Source: Diplonema japonicum (lineage: Eukaryota > Protista > Euglenozoa: Diplonemea). From it: 64,000 bases of DNA. The translations under genes and the position numbers were made by a program. Shown here in pieces: positions 20,172-29,115 of the stretch. The stretch lies in assembly GCA_964019335.1 (NCBI GenBank), contig OZ025698.1, forward strand, positions 310,001 to 374,000, in the 5' to 3' direction. The first letter of the stretch is position 1, and the number at the start of each line of letters is the position of its first letter. The notes under the pieces are model-generated. The model did no database searches, was not told the origin of the DNA, and saw only the letters and a program-made list of their open reading frames with translations.

Positions 20172-20307
20172 AAAAAAATAAATAAAAGATTTAGTAGTAT
20201 AAAAGTATGTTGTGTCAAGCTTAACCTGATTTTCTTTTTTTTTTTTGGAGCGTGAAAAGTCTTCAAAAATCCCCCTGACAAGTTTTTTTTGTTTCCCCTC
20301 CCCAAGC

Positions 20308-21738
20308 ATGGCACCGGTCCCCACTCCTCCCATGATGCCCCGGAGGCCGGACTCTGTACAGTCGTCAGTTGCATATATAAGAGGCACGCCGAGCATAGCA
20401 TCCTCACCTGTTCCAAAGGGCCCCGAGGAGATCAGGAGAGCGTGCGTCCGCGCGCTGGGGTACAGCGAGCTTCCGCAGAGCGCGGAGAACGACCGGCAGG
20501 AGGTGAAGGATCTTGTGTACGAGCACTGGAACAGAATCAAGAAGGTGAGGAAGAACCTGGACCTTTGCACGAACGGGTACGTCCCAGCGGCGTCGTTCTG
20601 CAAAAGCGTAGTCCAAGAGCTTGCCCTGAGGAGGGACAAGGACGCCAGAGTCCTCGCAGATATTGTACTGGACTGCGTGGTAGACAGCTCGAACTTCGAA
20701 CCGCATCCTCTGGCAAAGAACTCTGAGGGGCTCGTCGACATTGAAGCACTGTGGAAGCTCATCCAACGCCCCAAAAAAGGACTCGAGTGGAAGAAGCGAT
20801 TCAGAGCCGCTGGCGTCGTACCAGTATCACTGCAACGCCACACCACAGGAATAGAGTATACAAAAAAAAAGATTTTTTTTTTTTTCTTTCCAAAAAAAAA
20901 AAAGAAAAAAAAAAAAAAAAAAAAAAGTCAAAACCCACGGAGAACAAGCACAGGCCCGCCGTATGCGGTGTGTGGTGACGGTGATCACATGAAATGTCTT
21001 ATAAAGGAGTATTTCTTGCACAGATGCCGGTTGATGAGGGACTGCTTGCAACGACACGGTCCCCTGTCGAGACAGGGGATGCTGACGACAGAGGAGTTCC
21101 GCAAGGCGATGTTCACGATCGAAAAACACGGGACGAACAACAGGGAGATCGACGCCTTGATCGAGGTGGTGGACCCAAGGAACACGGGGTTCGTGAACAT
21201 CACAGATTTCTTGGATAAGTTTGGGTTGGAATACCTGAAGGGCCGCTCCATGCGAATTTCAGTAGGAAGAGACAACAATGATGGTGATAGCCACACATTG
21301 CAATGGCCATCGAGCACCCAACCCGAATACAAGCGAACAGCTTTGATGGAAAAACTGCGATGCAAGCAACTGCGGACCAAGAAAGTCGCGTCGTCCCGCT
21401 CCAGCACACTCCGCAAGAAGTTCGGAAAAAGTCAACGTGAAAACTTGAAGTTGTATGACCAGTCGTTTTCCGAAATATCGCGGGAGAAGAGGGCCGAAAA
21501 CACAATCTCACCAACAGAGAAGCCGAAACCCCACCCCAAGAAGATAAAGTGGTGCTACATCACACCCAGTGCAACCCATCTCGGGAACGTTTCGTCAGGT
21601 CCCTCCAATTATAACCTCGGTGGGAAACATTTCAAAGCAAGGTGCTTGCGTCCACACCCTCCTTCCTCGCAATCAGAAGAATTCCCGGCGGCTCCGTCCA
21701 ATCTCGCAGAAGAGAACTCTGCTGCGGTGGTGTGTTGA
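20308..21738 (+). CDS. EF-hand-like protein; predicted intron ~20856-20942
   Basis: DLCTNGYVPAASF, GMLTTEEFRKAM, VDPRNTGFVNITDF. The poly-K/F stretch is explained by an in-frame intron. Confidence 0.65.
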   Translation: MAPVPTPPMMPRRPDSVQSSVAYIRGTPSIASSPVPKGPEEIRRACVRALGYSELPQSAENDRQEVKDLVYEHWNRIKKVRKNLDLCTNGYVPAASFCKSVVQELALRRDKDARVLADIVLDCVVDSSNFEPHPLAKNSEGLVDIEALWKLIQRPKKGLEWKKRFRAAGVVPVSLQRHTTGIEYTKKKIFFFFFPKKKKKKKKKKKSQNPRRTSTGPPYAVCGDGDHMKCLIKEYFLHRCRLMRDCLQRHGPLSRQGMLTTEEFRKAMFTIEKHGTNNREIDALIEVVDPRNTGFVNITDFLDKFGLEYLKGRSMRISVGRDNNDGDSHTLQWPSSTQPEYKRTALMEKLRCKQLRTKKVASSRSSTLRKKFGKSQRENLKLYDQSFSEISREKRAENTISPTEKPKPHPKKIKWCYITPSATHLGNVSSGPSNYNLGGKHFKARCLRPHPPSSQSEEFPAAPSNLAEENSAAVVC

Positions 21739-22032
21739 AGGCACTCACCATACCATTACTGTTTTGTGGGGGGAAAAAAAAAAGGGAGGTAAAAAAAAAA
21801 AAAAAAAAAAAAAAAAAGTGTCGGACTGATAATGCCCGGCCTGATAGTATTTTACAGTATTTTTTTTAGAAATAAAAAAAAAAAAAAAAAACAGAATTGG
21901 GATGAGGGGGGATCTTTTCAGACCAACCCAGTGGCCCTGTTTTTCTCATTCCCCCTTATTGTAGTCATTATCATTGTTTCTCTCCGCTCTTTTTTATATT
22001 TTAAAAAGTAAAAAAGAAAGAAGAAAAAAAAA

Positions 22033-22662
22033 ATGCCGGTAAAATGGAAACCACACATCCCCAACGACCTACCGGGAGATCTTATAGTGCCGGAGGATAA
22101 AGGTATTAAGGTTTTGACCCTTGTAGCGGTTGTCAGAGGGGAAGGCAAAACGCAAGAAATACTACTGGGGAGAAAGGCAAGGGGTTTTGGAAAGGACAAG
22201 TGGAACGGCTTCGGAGGGAAAGTCGAGGCTGGTGAGACCATAGAAGCCGCCGCTAAAAGAGAGCTACGAGAGGAGAGCGGGCTGAAAGCAGAGAAGATGG
22301 ACAAAACCGGCGTTATGTTTTTCTGGTTTTTAGAAGAGGAACCACACCTGATGGAAGTCCACCTATTCGTCTGCACTTCTTACTCTGGCACCATTGAAGA
22401 GTCTGAAGAAATGAACCCCATCCAGTGGTTTTCTCCCACTGCAGTTCCTTACAGTTTGATGTGGCCTGATGACAAGTTCTGGCTCCCCAGGATTTTTTCT
22501 CCCGAACGAAAACCGTTTCTAGGAAAGTTTGAGTTTTCCAATCTTTCGGAAATGGGCTCATTTGAAATACATGACATAGATAAGGAGTATTTTACCGCAT
22601 TTAGAATTGCGGACGCGGACACAAACACCACCCCGAGCTGTGTGTGGGCGAAGAAAAATTGA
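22033..22662 (+). CDS. NUDT1: oxidised purine nucleoside triphosphate hydrolase (MTH1-type Nudix)
   Basis: LLGRKARGFGKDKWNGFGGKVEAGETIEAAAKRELREESGL Nudix box, plus ESEEMNP and MWPDD. Confidence 0.9.
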   Translation: MPVKWKPHIPNDLPGDLIVPEDKGIKVLTLVAVVRGEGKTQEILLGRKARGFGKDKWNGFGGKVEAGETIEAAAKRELREESGLKAEKMDKTGVMFFWFLEEEPHLMEVHLFVCTSYSGTIEESEEMNPIQWFSPTAVPYSLMWPDDKFWLPRIFSPERKPFLGKFEFSNLSEMGSFEIHDIDKEYFTAFRIADADTNTTPSCVWAKKN

Positions 22663-22681
22663 GCCCTTTTTTTTTTTTCTT

Positions 22682-22717
<36 letters not shown>

Positions 22718-22801
22718 TATTTTTTTTTTGTCAGTTGCACAACAGACAAAACCAACAGTAGGTATAAAAAAAAAATGCAGAGAGTATCAAACAGCGCGAC
22801 G

Positions 22802-23090
22802 ATGTCCCTCCTCAGGAGGGCTGCGATTCAGAAGAGGACATACGTTCCTGGGAAAGTATGGAGGGGGGGGGAAAAAAAGTATTAAAAAAATAATAATACA
22901 GATCATCAAGCCCGAGCATGTGCTCAACGTGGCTAAGATGGAATACGTGAGGCCCAGCTTTATTGGGAACTGGATGGGCACCGGGCTCCTGTCCTTCATC
23001 CACCTGGCTCCCCTTTACTTCGGCTCCGTGATCTTCGTGTTCTGGTGCAGGGGTGGTTTCGCGGGTGAGATCCCCCCCCCTCTTGACTAA
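22802..23090 (+). CDS. small (~80 aa) putative mitochondrial membrane protein, exons 22802-22855 and 22902-23090
   Basis: MSLLRRAAIQKRTY transit-like start. A 46-nt GTATGG...ACAG intron joins in frame to IIKPEHVLN..., and there is one hydrophobic segment. Confidence 0.65.
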
Positions 23091-23376
23091 TCATGTCCTC
23101 CCCCCCGTTCCCACGACCTCCCTTGATTTTTTTTTTCCGTCAGTGTTTTTTTTTTTTTTTTTTTTTTTTTTTTTGTTTCCACCGGGTTTTCTTTTTTTTA
23201 TTATTATTTGTGGGCCCCCCTCCACTTGTACCCAACCAGAAAGCTTCCTTTTCTTTTTTTTTAAAACAAATAGTGGCTTTTTTTTTTTTATACCCCTTAT
23301 ATCTTTGTATCTCCAATCGTTTCTATTGTTGAAAAGAAGAAACCCCCTCCCCCCCACAAAAGGAACATTGCCACAC

Positions 23377-26028
23377 ATGTCATCTAGAATCCAAACAGCT
23401 GGTTCAATTTCCACCGCAACGTCAGCGACAGCATGGAGAGGGGAGGTGGTGCTTGGGATTATTGGAAACAAGGGTAACGAGGTCGGGGTTTGCGCCTGCA
23501 ACCTGCACACGATGGAATTCACTCTAATGCAGTTTTCCGACCAGCCCACATTGCCGCAGACCCTGACCTTGGTGCACCAGCTAGGCGTCGCGGAGATTGT
23601 ACTTCCGAGCACAACTGTGGAAACAGAGCTAAGCAACACCCTGAGAACAAGCCTGAAGGAAAGCGTAACATTCCTTGCCGTCCCTAGGCGTGATTTCAAT
23701 GAAGTTAACGGGCTGCGGTTCATATCACATATCGCAGTCAACACAAATGTCATTTCCGAGCTCAGCTCATCCAACAAGTACCTTTCTGTAGCATGTGCCG
23801 CAGCGGTGATACGATATGTCGAATACCTCCGTAAAACTACGCTAGCACCGAAATCCACTCGGGTTGCGTACCGCTGCATCCACGACCGTGTTTCAATAGA
23901 CAGAGCGTCGTGCGGCCACCTCGGGCTGATCCAACCTTCCGTTAAACAAAAATCCGGAACATTGATGGCGCATGTGGACCATACCCTGACACAAGGCGGG
24001 AAGAGATTACTCAGATCGAATTTGTTGATGCCCATTTGTAACAAGACCACATTGGAGACCCGTCTTGTCGCTGTCGCCGCATTACGTGAGAAGGACGCCG
24101 CGAGGCAAGACGTTCGGAAGCAGCTCAAAAGCGTGCAGTCCGACGTTGATCATCTGCTGTCGAAGTTCGCGACACCATCGCCTTCAAATCGTGATGTGAA
24201 CTACACGGAGACAACAATAAAACACGTTCTCGGCCTGCGTGGGGTCATCAACGCGGTGCCTGCCTTGTCGGCTTCATTGGAGCCTCTGACGAGTGCCGTG
24301 TTGCTATCGTCGATTGAGGATGCGTTCAACACGGCAGATCTCGACGCCATTAAGGACAGGATTGACACAGTCATAGATACTGCTGTGCAGAAGGAAAAGA
24401 AGGTCAGCTCGTCCATCGCCAAGACCATCCTTGTCTTTTCCGTGAGGTCCGGGATCGACGGGATGCTGGATGTCGTTCGCAGCCAGTATTCGTCCATCCT
24501 CGAACAAATCTACTCGACCGCAGGTCTCGTCAGCAAAGAGTACAGCATGACGAGCCTGAAGGTCGTGCACACTTCTACGCGTGGCTTTGTGCTGCAATGC
24601 GACAGGTCTGAGATCAGTAAAGGTGCCGAAACCTTTCTTATGCGCACCTTTTCGAAACGCAAGGCGCAGTTCTCAACGCAGGAGCTTGTGTCGTTGAACA
24701 ACAAGCTGCGCGACGCGTACGGCGAGATCATCACCAGAACGAACATACAGATCTGCACCCTCGTCGACGCCATTCGAAAGAAGATGAACTCGTTCTTCAG
24801 AGTCAGCGAAGCCATCTCTCTCCTCGACCTTTTGCAGTCCGCCGCCACGCACTCCATCATCCACGAAGGTTACTGCGCTCCAAAATTCTCCACAACCAAC
24901 ACGACCAAGATCAAACAGGGCCGCCACCCATTATGGGACGGAGGGGTAAAGGGCGGTGGTTCGTACATCCCCAACGACACCACTGCGGAGGGTGGGAAAC
25001 TGCTTCTTTTAAGCGGTCCGAACATGAGCGGGAAAACTACGTATCTCACACAAGTTGCAACCATCATGGTGATGGCGCACATGGGGCTCTATGTCCCTGC
25101 TGTGGAGGCAGAGCTTCCCTTGCTAGACAGCGTGTTCACAAGGCTGGGGCTTGATGATTCGATTGAAGCAAACGCAAGCACGTTCACAATGGAAATGCGC
25201 GAGGCTGCGCACCTTTTACGCAACTCCACACCGCGGTCTTTAGTCGTTATCGATGAGCTTGGCAGAGGAACCTCCAACCTCGAAGGTGCTGCCTTGGCCT
25301 TCTCCATTGCAGAGCGTCTTGCCAAGATAGAATGCCTCACGATATTCGCCACGCATTACGTACAGCTCCACTGCCTGCCTTCGATACACAGCAATGCCGT
25401 CAATGTTCATTTCACGGTGAAGCCGGAAGGCGAGGCGCTGCGTTGTTTGTACAAATTGGAAAGCGGGAGCTGCTCACTAAGCCGGTACGGGATATCCCTT
25501 GCAAGGGAGATGAAGTTCCCTCCTGACGTACTACGGCTTGCCAATGAGATGAGCACGAAGCTGCTCGTTGAAGAGAGCACTTCTCTAGCAAGAGACCATT
25601 GGAAGCTGCTGCACACCTACGCGGATAAGTTTTTGGGAGTGATCTTTGGGGGAGATCACCTTCCTGATGGCGACAGGAAAATTTGCTTAGAGAGAATCAA
25701 AACGGAGCTGGAGGCAGTGGTCTCGATCGACGAGCTGCTCAGACATGCTAGCAGGGAGGATGTGCCTGTGCCCATGCAGAAGCCTGTTGATGTTGAAAAC
25801 GAGTGTCCCACACAGCTTATCGAGGATGCCCCTAGTTGGTGTCCTTCACGTAAGCGTCCGCTTGCACCTTCCTCCTCAACGCCAGAGCTCAACCTTTCGT
25901 CTTCATATGTCGGCACTGCTGCGTCTGCGAGTGTCGTCCCTCAGTGGGGCTTCAGTTCGGACGCTGCCTCCCCCAACCTCTCTCCTTCGTCGAAGAAGAG
26001 TCCGGCCTTCAGTTGGGATTTCCACTGA
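23377..26028 (+). CDS. MSH4: meiotic MutS homolog 4
   Basis: MutS ATPase motifs GPNMSGKTTYL, ASTFTMEMRE, DELGRGTS, FATHY. It lacks mismatch-binding domain I and starts with the MSH4-type NEVGVC...QFSD segment; DDSIEANASTF is also MSH4-like. Confidence 0.8.
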   Translation: MSSRIQTAGSISTATSATAWRGEVVLGIIGNKGNEVGVCACNLHTMEFTLMQFSDQPTLPQTLTLVHQLGVAEIVLPSTTVETELSNTLRTSLKESVTFLAVPRRDFNEVNGLRFISHIAVNTNVISELSSSNKYLSVACAAAVIRYVEYLRKTTLAPKSTRVAYRCIHDRVSIDRASCGHLGLIQPSVKQKSGTLMAHVDHTLTQGGKRLLRSNLLMPICNKTTLETRLVAVAALREKDAARQDVRKQLKSVQSDVDHLLSKFATPSPSNRDVNYTETTIKHVLGLRGVINAVPALSASLEPLTSAVLLSSIEDAFNTADLDAIKDRIDTVIDTAVQKEKKVSSSIAKTILVFSVRSGIDGMLDVVRSQYSSILEQIYSTAGLVSKEYSMTSLKVVHTSTRGFVLQCDRSEISKGAETFLMRTFSKRKAQFSTQELVSLNNKLRDAYGEIITRTNIQICTLVDAIRKKMNSFFRVSEAISLLDLLQSAATHSIIHEGYCAPKFSTTNTTKIKQGRHPLWDGGVKGGGSYIPNDTTAEGGKLLLLSGPNMSGKTTYLTQVATIMVMAHMGLYVPAVEAELPLLDSVFTRLGLDDSIEANASTFTMEMREAAHLLRNSTPRSLVVIDELGRGTSNLEGAALAFSIAERLAKIECLTIFATHYVQLHCLPSIHSNAVNVHFTVKPEGEALRCLYKLESGSCSLSRYGISLAREMKFPPDVLRLANEMSTKLLVEESTSLARDHWKLLHTYADKFLGVIFGGDHLPDGDRKICLERIKTELEAVVSIDELLRHASREDVPVPMQKPVDVENECPTQLIEDAPSWCPSRKRPLAPSSSTPELNLSSSYVGTAASASVVPQWGFSSDAASPNLSPSSKKSPAFSWDFH

Positions 26029-26167
26029 GGATCGGCTCTGCTGTCATTTACACTCAATCTTGCATCTTTTTCTATTTTTATTTATATTTTTTTTTTAAAC
26101 TTAAATGCGGAAAAGGGTATTAAAAAAAAAGGGGGTGGGACGAAAAGAAAGAAGAAGAAACTATAAT

Positions 26168-27442
26168 ATGGACCTACACGTCACACTGTGCGGAAGGATG
26201 TGTACCGTCACAATCGAGGCCAACGAGACCCTTGGCGGTCTTAAGGCATTGATCGAAAATGAGCTAGGCTGCTTGGTGTGCTCGCAGATTCTCAAAGTCG
26301 ATGGAGTCACTCTTCAAGACGACAACGGAGTGAAGCTGAGCGAGCTGGGACTGTACTCAGGAGAAACGATTGAGGTGGTGGCTTCAACAGAGACAGTTGC
26401 GAGGGATTACATACGGCGCCATGGGATGCACAGCGACTATAACGCGCTGTCGCGTGCTGTGAAGACCGGCAACGTTGAGGCGGTCATGCATCTAACAAAC
26501 CTCGTACCTGCAGAAGAGCGGCCAGAGTCCTGCGACCTTCTTCAACATGCAATTCAAGCAAAGTGTCTACCCATTATGGAGTATTTGACAAACGCAAAAC
26601 CTCCAACAGCAGAAGACATGATAGCAGCGGTGAGGAACAAACAGAAGGACATTGTGGAGCTTCTTCTTACAAAGGGTGGGATGCTGGACTCAGAGCGAAA
26701 CGACTTCCTCCCGTTGAGGGTTGCGATGCAAAGCCCGTGCGATCCAGAGTTCCTGGAATTCCTCTACAAGAGAGGTGCGAAGCTGTTGCGAGAGTTTTCC
26801 GACTGCGCGCTCCACAAGCCGAACATGGAGTTCCTCGTGGGGCGAGGTGTTCCTATGACAGGGCACACAATGGTGAACGTGTGCAAGAACATGAAAACCC
26901 TGGATGGTGATTCACCTTTGTGCTTCGTACCCTCTTTCGAGTATCTCGTCTCTCAAGGTATTGATGTGAACTTCACAAACGAAGAAGGCGAGAACGGGCT
27001 GCACAAGGCTTTGACGAATGGCGTCACCGACGTGGTACAGTACCTATTGGATCATGGTGCCGTACCCTCGAATTATGAGGATAATGCAGGATGGGGTGCC
27101 TTGCACACGGCTGTTCAAGCCGGCTTGAAAGCTTCTGTTATACAGCAGCTTATCACGTTCCCGAACATCAACATCGACATGACTGACAACCTCAGCAGGA
27201 CGGCTCTTAACCTCGCGTGTTCCTGTGGGAAGGTAAGCCTTGCCATGGCACTTCTCGATGCTGGTGCTGACCCCTGCATCAAAGACAACCATTTCGGCTG
27301 GAACGCTTACCACACTGCCTTGTGGTCGGAGCTACCCACGGTGGCAGACACCATCAGGGCCTCACACCCCCACCTCGCCACCGCAACGGACAAGTACGGA
27401 AAGCTTGCAGCAGCGTATACGACGCCGGCTAGAGAACGGTGA
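26168..27442 (+). CDS. ubiquitin-like domain plus ankyrin-repeat protein
   Basis: N-terminal Ubl (LSELGLYSGETIEV) and ankyrin repeats GENGLHKA, GWGALHTA, RTALNLAC, GWNAYHTA. Confidence 0.85.
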   Translation: MDLHVTLCGRMCTVTIEANETLGGLKALIENELGCLVCSQILKVDGVTLQDDNGVKLSELGLYSGETIEVVASTETVARDYIRRHGMHSDYNALSRAVKTGNVEAVMHLTNLVPAEERPESCDLLQHAIQAKCLPIMEYLTNAKPPTAEDMIAAVRNKQKDIVELLLTKGGMLDSERNDFLPLRVAMQSPCDPEFLEFLYKRGAKLLREFSDCALHKPNMEFLVGRGVPMTGHTMVNVCKNMKTLDGDSPLCFVPSFEYLVSQGIDVNFTNEEGENGLHKALTNGVTDVVQYLLDHGAVPSNYEDNAGWGALHTAVQAGLKASVIQQLITFPNINIDMTDNLSRTALNLACSCGKVSLAMALLDAGADPCIKDNHFGWNAYHTALWSELPTVADTIRASHPHLATATDKYGKLAAAYTTPARER

Positions 27443-27934
27443 AAGAAAAGTTCCCCCATCCCCATTTCCTTTATTGGCTAGCTTCCACTCCCAGGCCCCC
27501 CCCGGTTTTTTTTATTTCTTCTTTTTTTTTTCTCCAGAGACTTGCACCTTGTTCACATTGACTGTAACGCTAAAACAAGTACTAGAACGGTGACCTCTTG
27601 CCTGATTACCTGAGTCCGAAACTGAGGCCGCGGACCTCGCTTTTTTTTTCTCAGGCGTCCTGCCACAGCCTGTCTCCACTAACTCCTCCAGTCGGGGATG
27701 CATAGTGTGAACTTGAGACCAACACCCTTGTCATCATCTACAGCCTTCTGTATAGATTTCTTCTGTGCAGACATTTCTTTTAAAAACGAGATGGGTTTTA
27801 TTTTTCTTTGGTTCTTGGTCGGGAAAAGTACTCTCCAACCTGGGACGCTAGAAGGAGCCATTGAAGGGTGAAGAGGTCAGCACCTGGAGGAGTCGCGAGA
27901 TTTGACCGAAATGACCATACCCCCTTCCCTTTTT

Positions 27935-28066
27935 AGGGCATGCGGCTTTCGTCTTAGGGGCTTGCATGTTAATTTGAATTTTTGTTCACACCTGGATGAG
28001 CCCTTTGTTGTGTCGCAGGGCATGCAGCTTTCGTCTCAGGGAGCTTGCATGTTAATTTGAGTTTTT
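27935..28066 (+). repeat. two tandem ~45-nt stem-loop + TTTGA + T-tail units
   Basis: AGGGCATGC(G/A)GCTTTCGTCT(T/C)AGGG(A)GCTTGCATGTTAATTTGA at 27935 and 28017. The GCATGC/GCATGT arms pair. Confidence 0.75.
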
Positions 28067-28081
28067 TTTTTTTTTTTTTTT

Positions 28082-28996
28082 GAGGAGAACATGGGCCAGG
28101 CACCAACGACGGAGGTATCGCACACGCAAGGATTCAGATGCGACCTGTGCAAGTCTCCACACCCGGACACGGTGACCTTACTCCGCCATCAGCTGTATGA
28201 GTGCGCCTGTGCACAAGAGGAACTGGCACTAGACGGAATGGAGCCGTTGCGCAACAGATCAGGATGGCCCCTATGTCTGGAGCTGCACGCGATACTGCCG
28301 AGGGGGCATGTCTTCGCACACCTGGAGAAGCTGCAGCGATACATGGCTGTGGTAGTCGGGAAACGGGATGTGGAGCTCATGCAAATAGACAACGCCAGCA
28401 CACAGCCGCTGCCGTGGGTACGCAATGTGGAGGGAAGGAGATGCCTCGTGCCAACGGCGGGGGAGCTCGAAGGAGTGGGAGGAATCGTCGCAGAATTCCT
28501 GAACCCGCTGCTGCAGTGGTTGTCACAGCTACGATGGGTGAAGGAGGACACCAGCTCTGAAGTGTCAGCGGTGGAATTGGCCATCGACTTCGAATGGACG
28601 ACAGGCAAGTTACTGGGGGGTCTGCTGGAAGATAGGGCTCGCAAGATCAAAGCACTGATAAGAAAGCTGAACGCGGCATGCAGGGCACGGAAGAAGCCAC
28701 GCCCCTTCCCAGCAGATGAACAGAAGAGAGTGAAGTCCCTCATCGCAATAGGTGGGAAGACGGCTATGGGTTTCGCCAGGAGGCCCATCTTCGCCACCCA
28801 CACCACTCACGACAAGCTGATGGAACTGAAAGCCGCTTACAAGCGAGACCGCATCACACGACTCCGCAAGACGCTCAAGGCCTCGATTGGAACGAAAGCA
28901 ATGCTCCAGAAGGGGAGTATAAAAAGATAACCCCCCCCTAACCCACCCAAGGGCGGCCCTCCATGAGGGGGTTTGTCCTGCACTTTGAGTTTTTTT
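28082..28996 (+). mobile_element. 5'-truncated non-LTR retrotransposon remnant (C-terminal ORF 28091-28930 plus 3' stem-loop)
   Basis: CCHC-like CDLC...H-x4-C knuckle and SAVELAIDFEWTTG motif, purine-rich coding strand. The 3' ~150 nt recurs at 47807-47938. Confidence 0.6.
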
Positions 28997-29115
28997 ATAC
29001 ATTATTCAGACCGTTGTAAGTATATCCTTTTTTTTAAATCTGGCACCACAGGCGAGCCGGGGAGGGGGGGGAGGGGAGGGGAATGGGTTTTTTCTGCGGC
29101 CCAAAAAAAAGAAAC

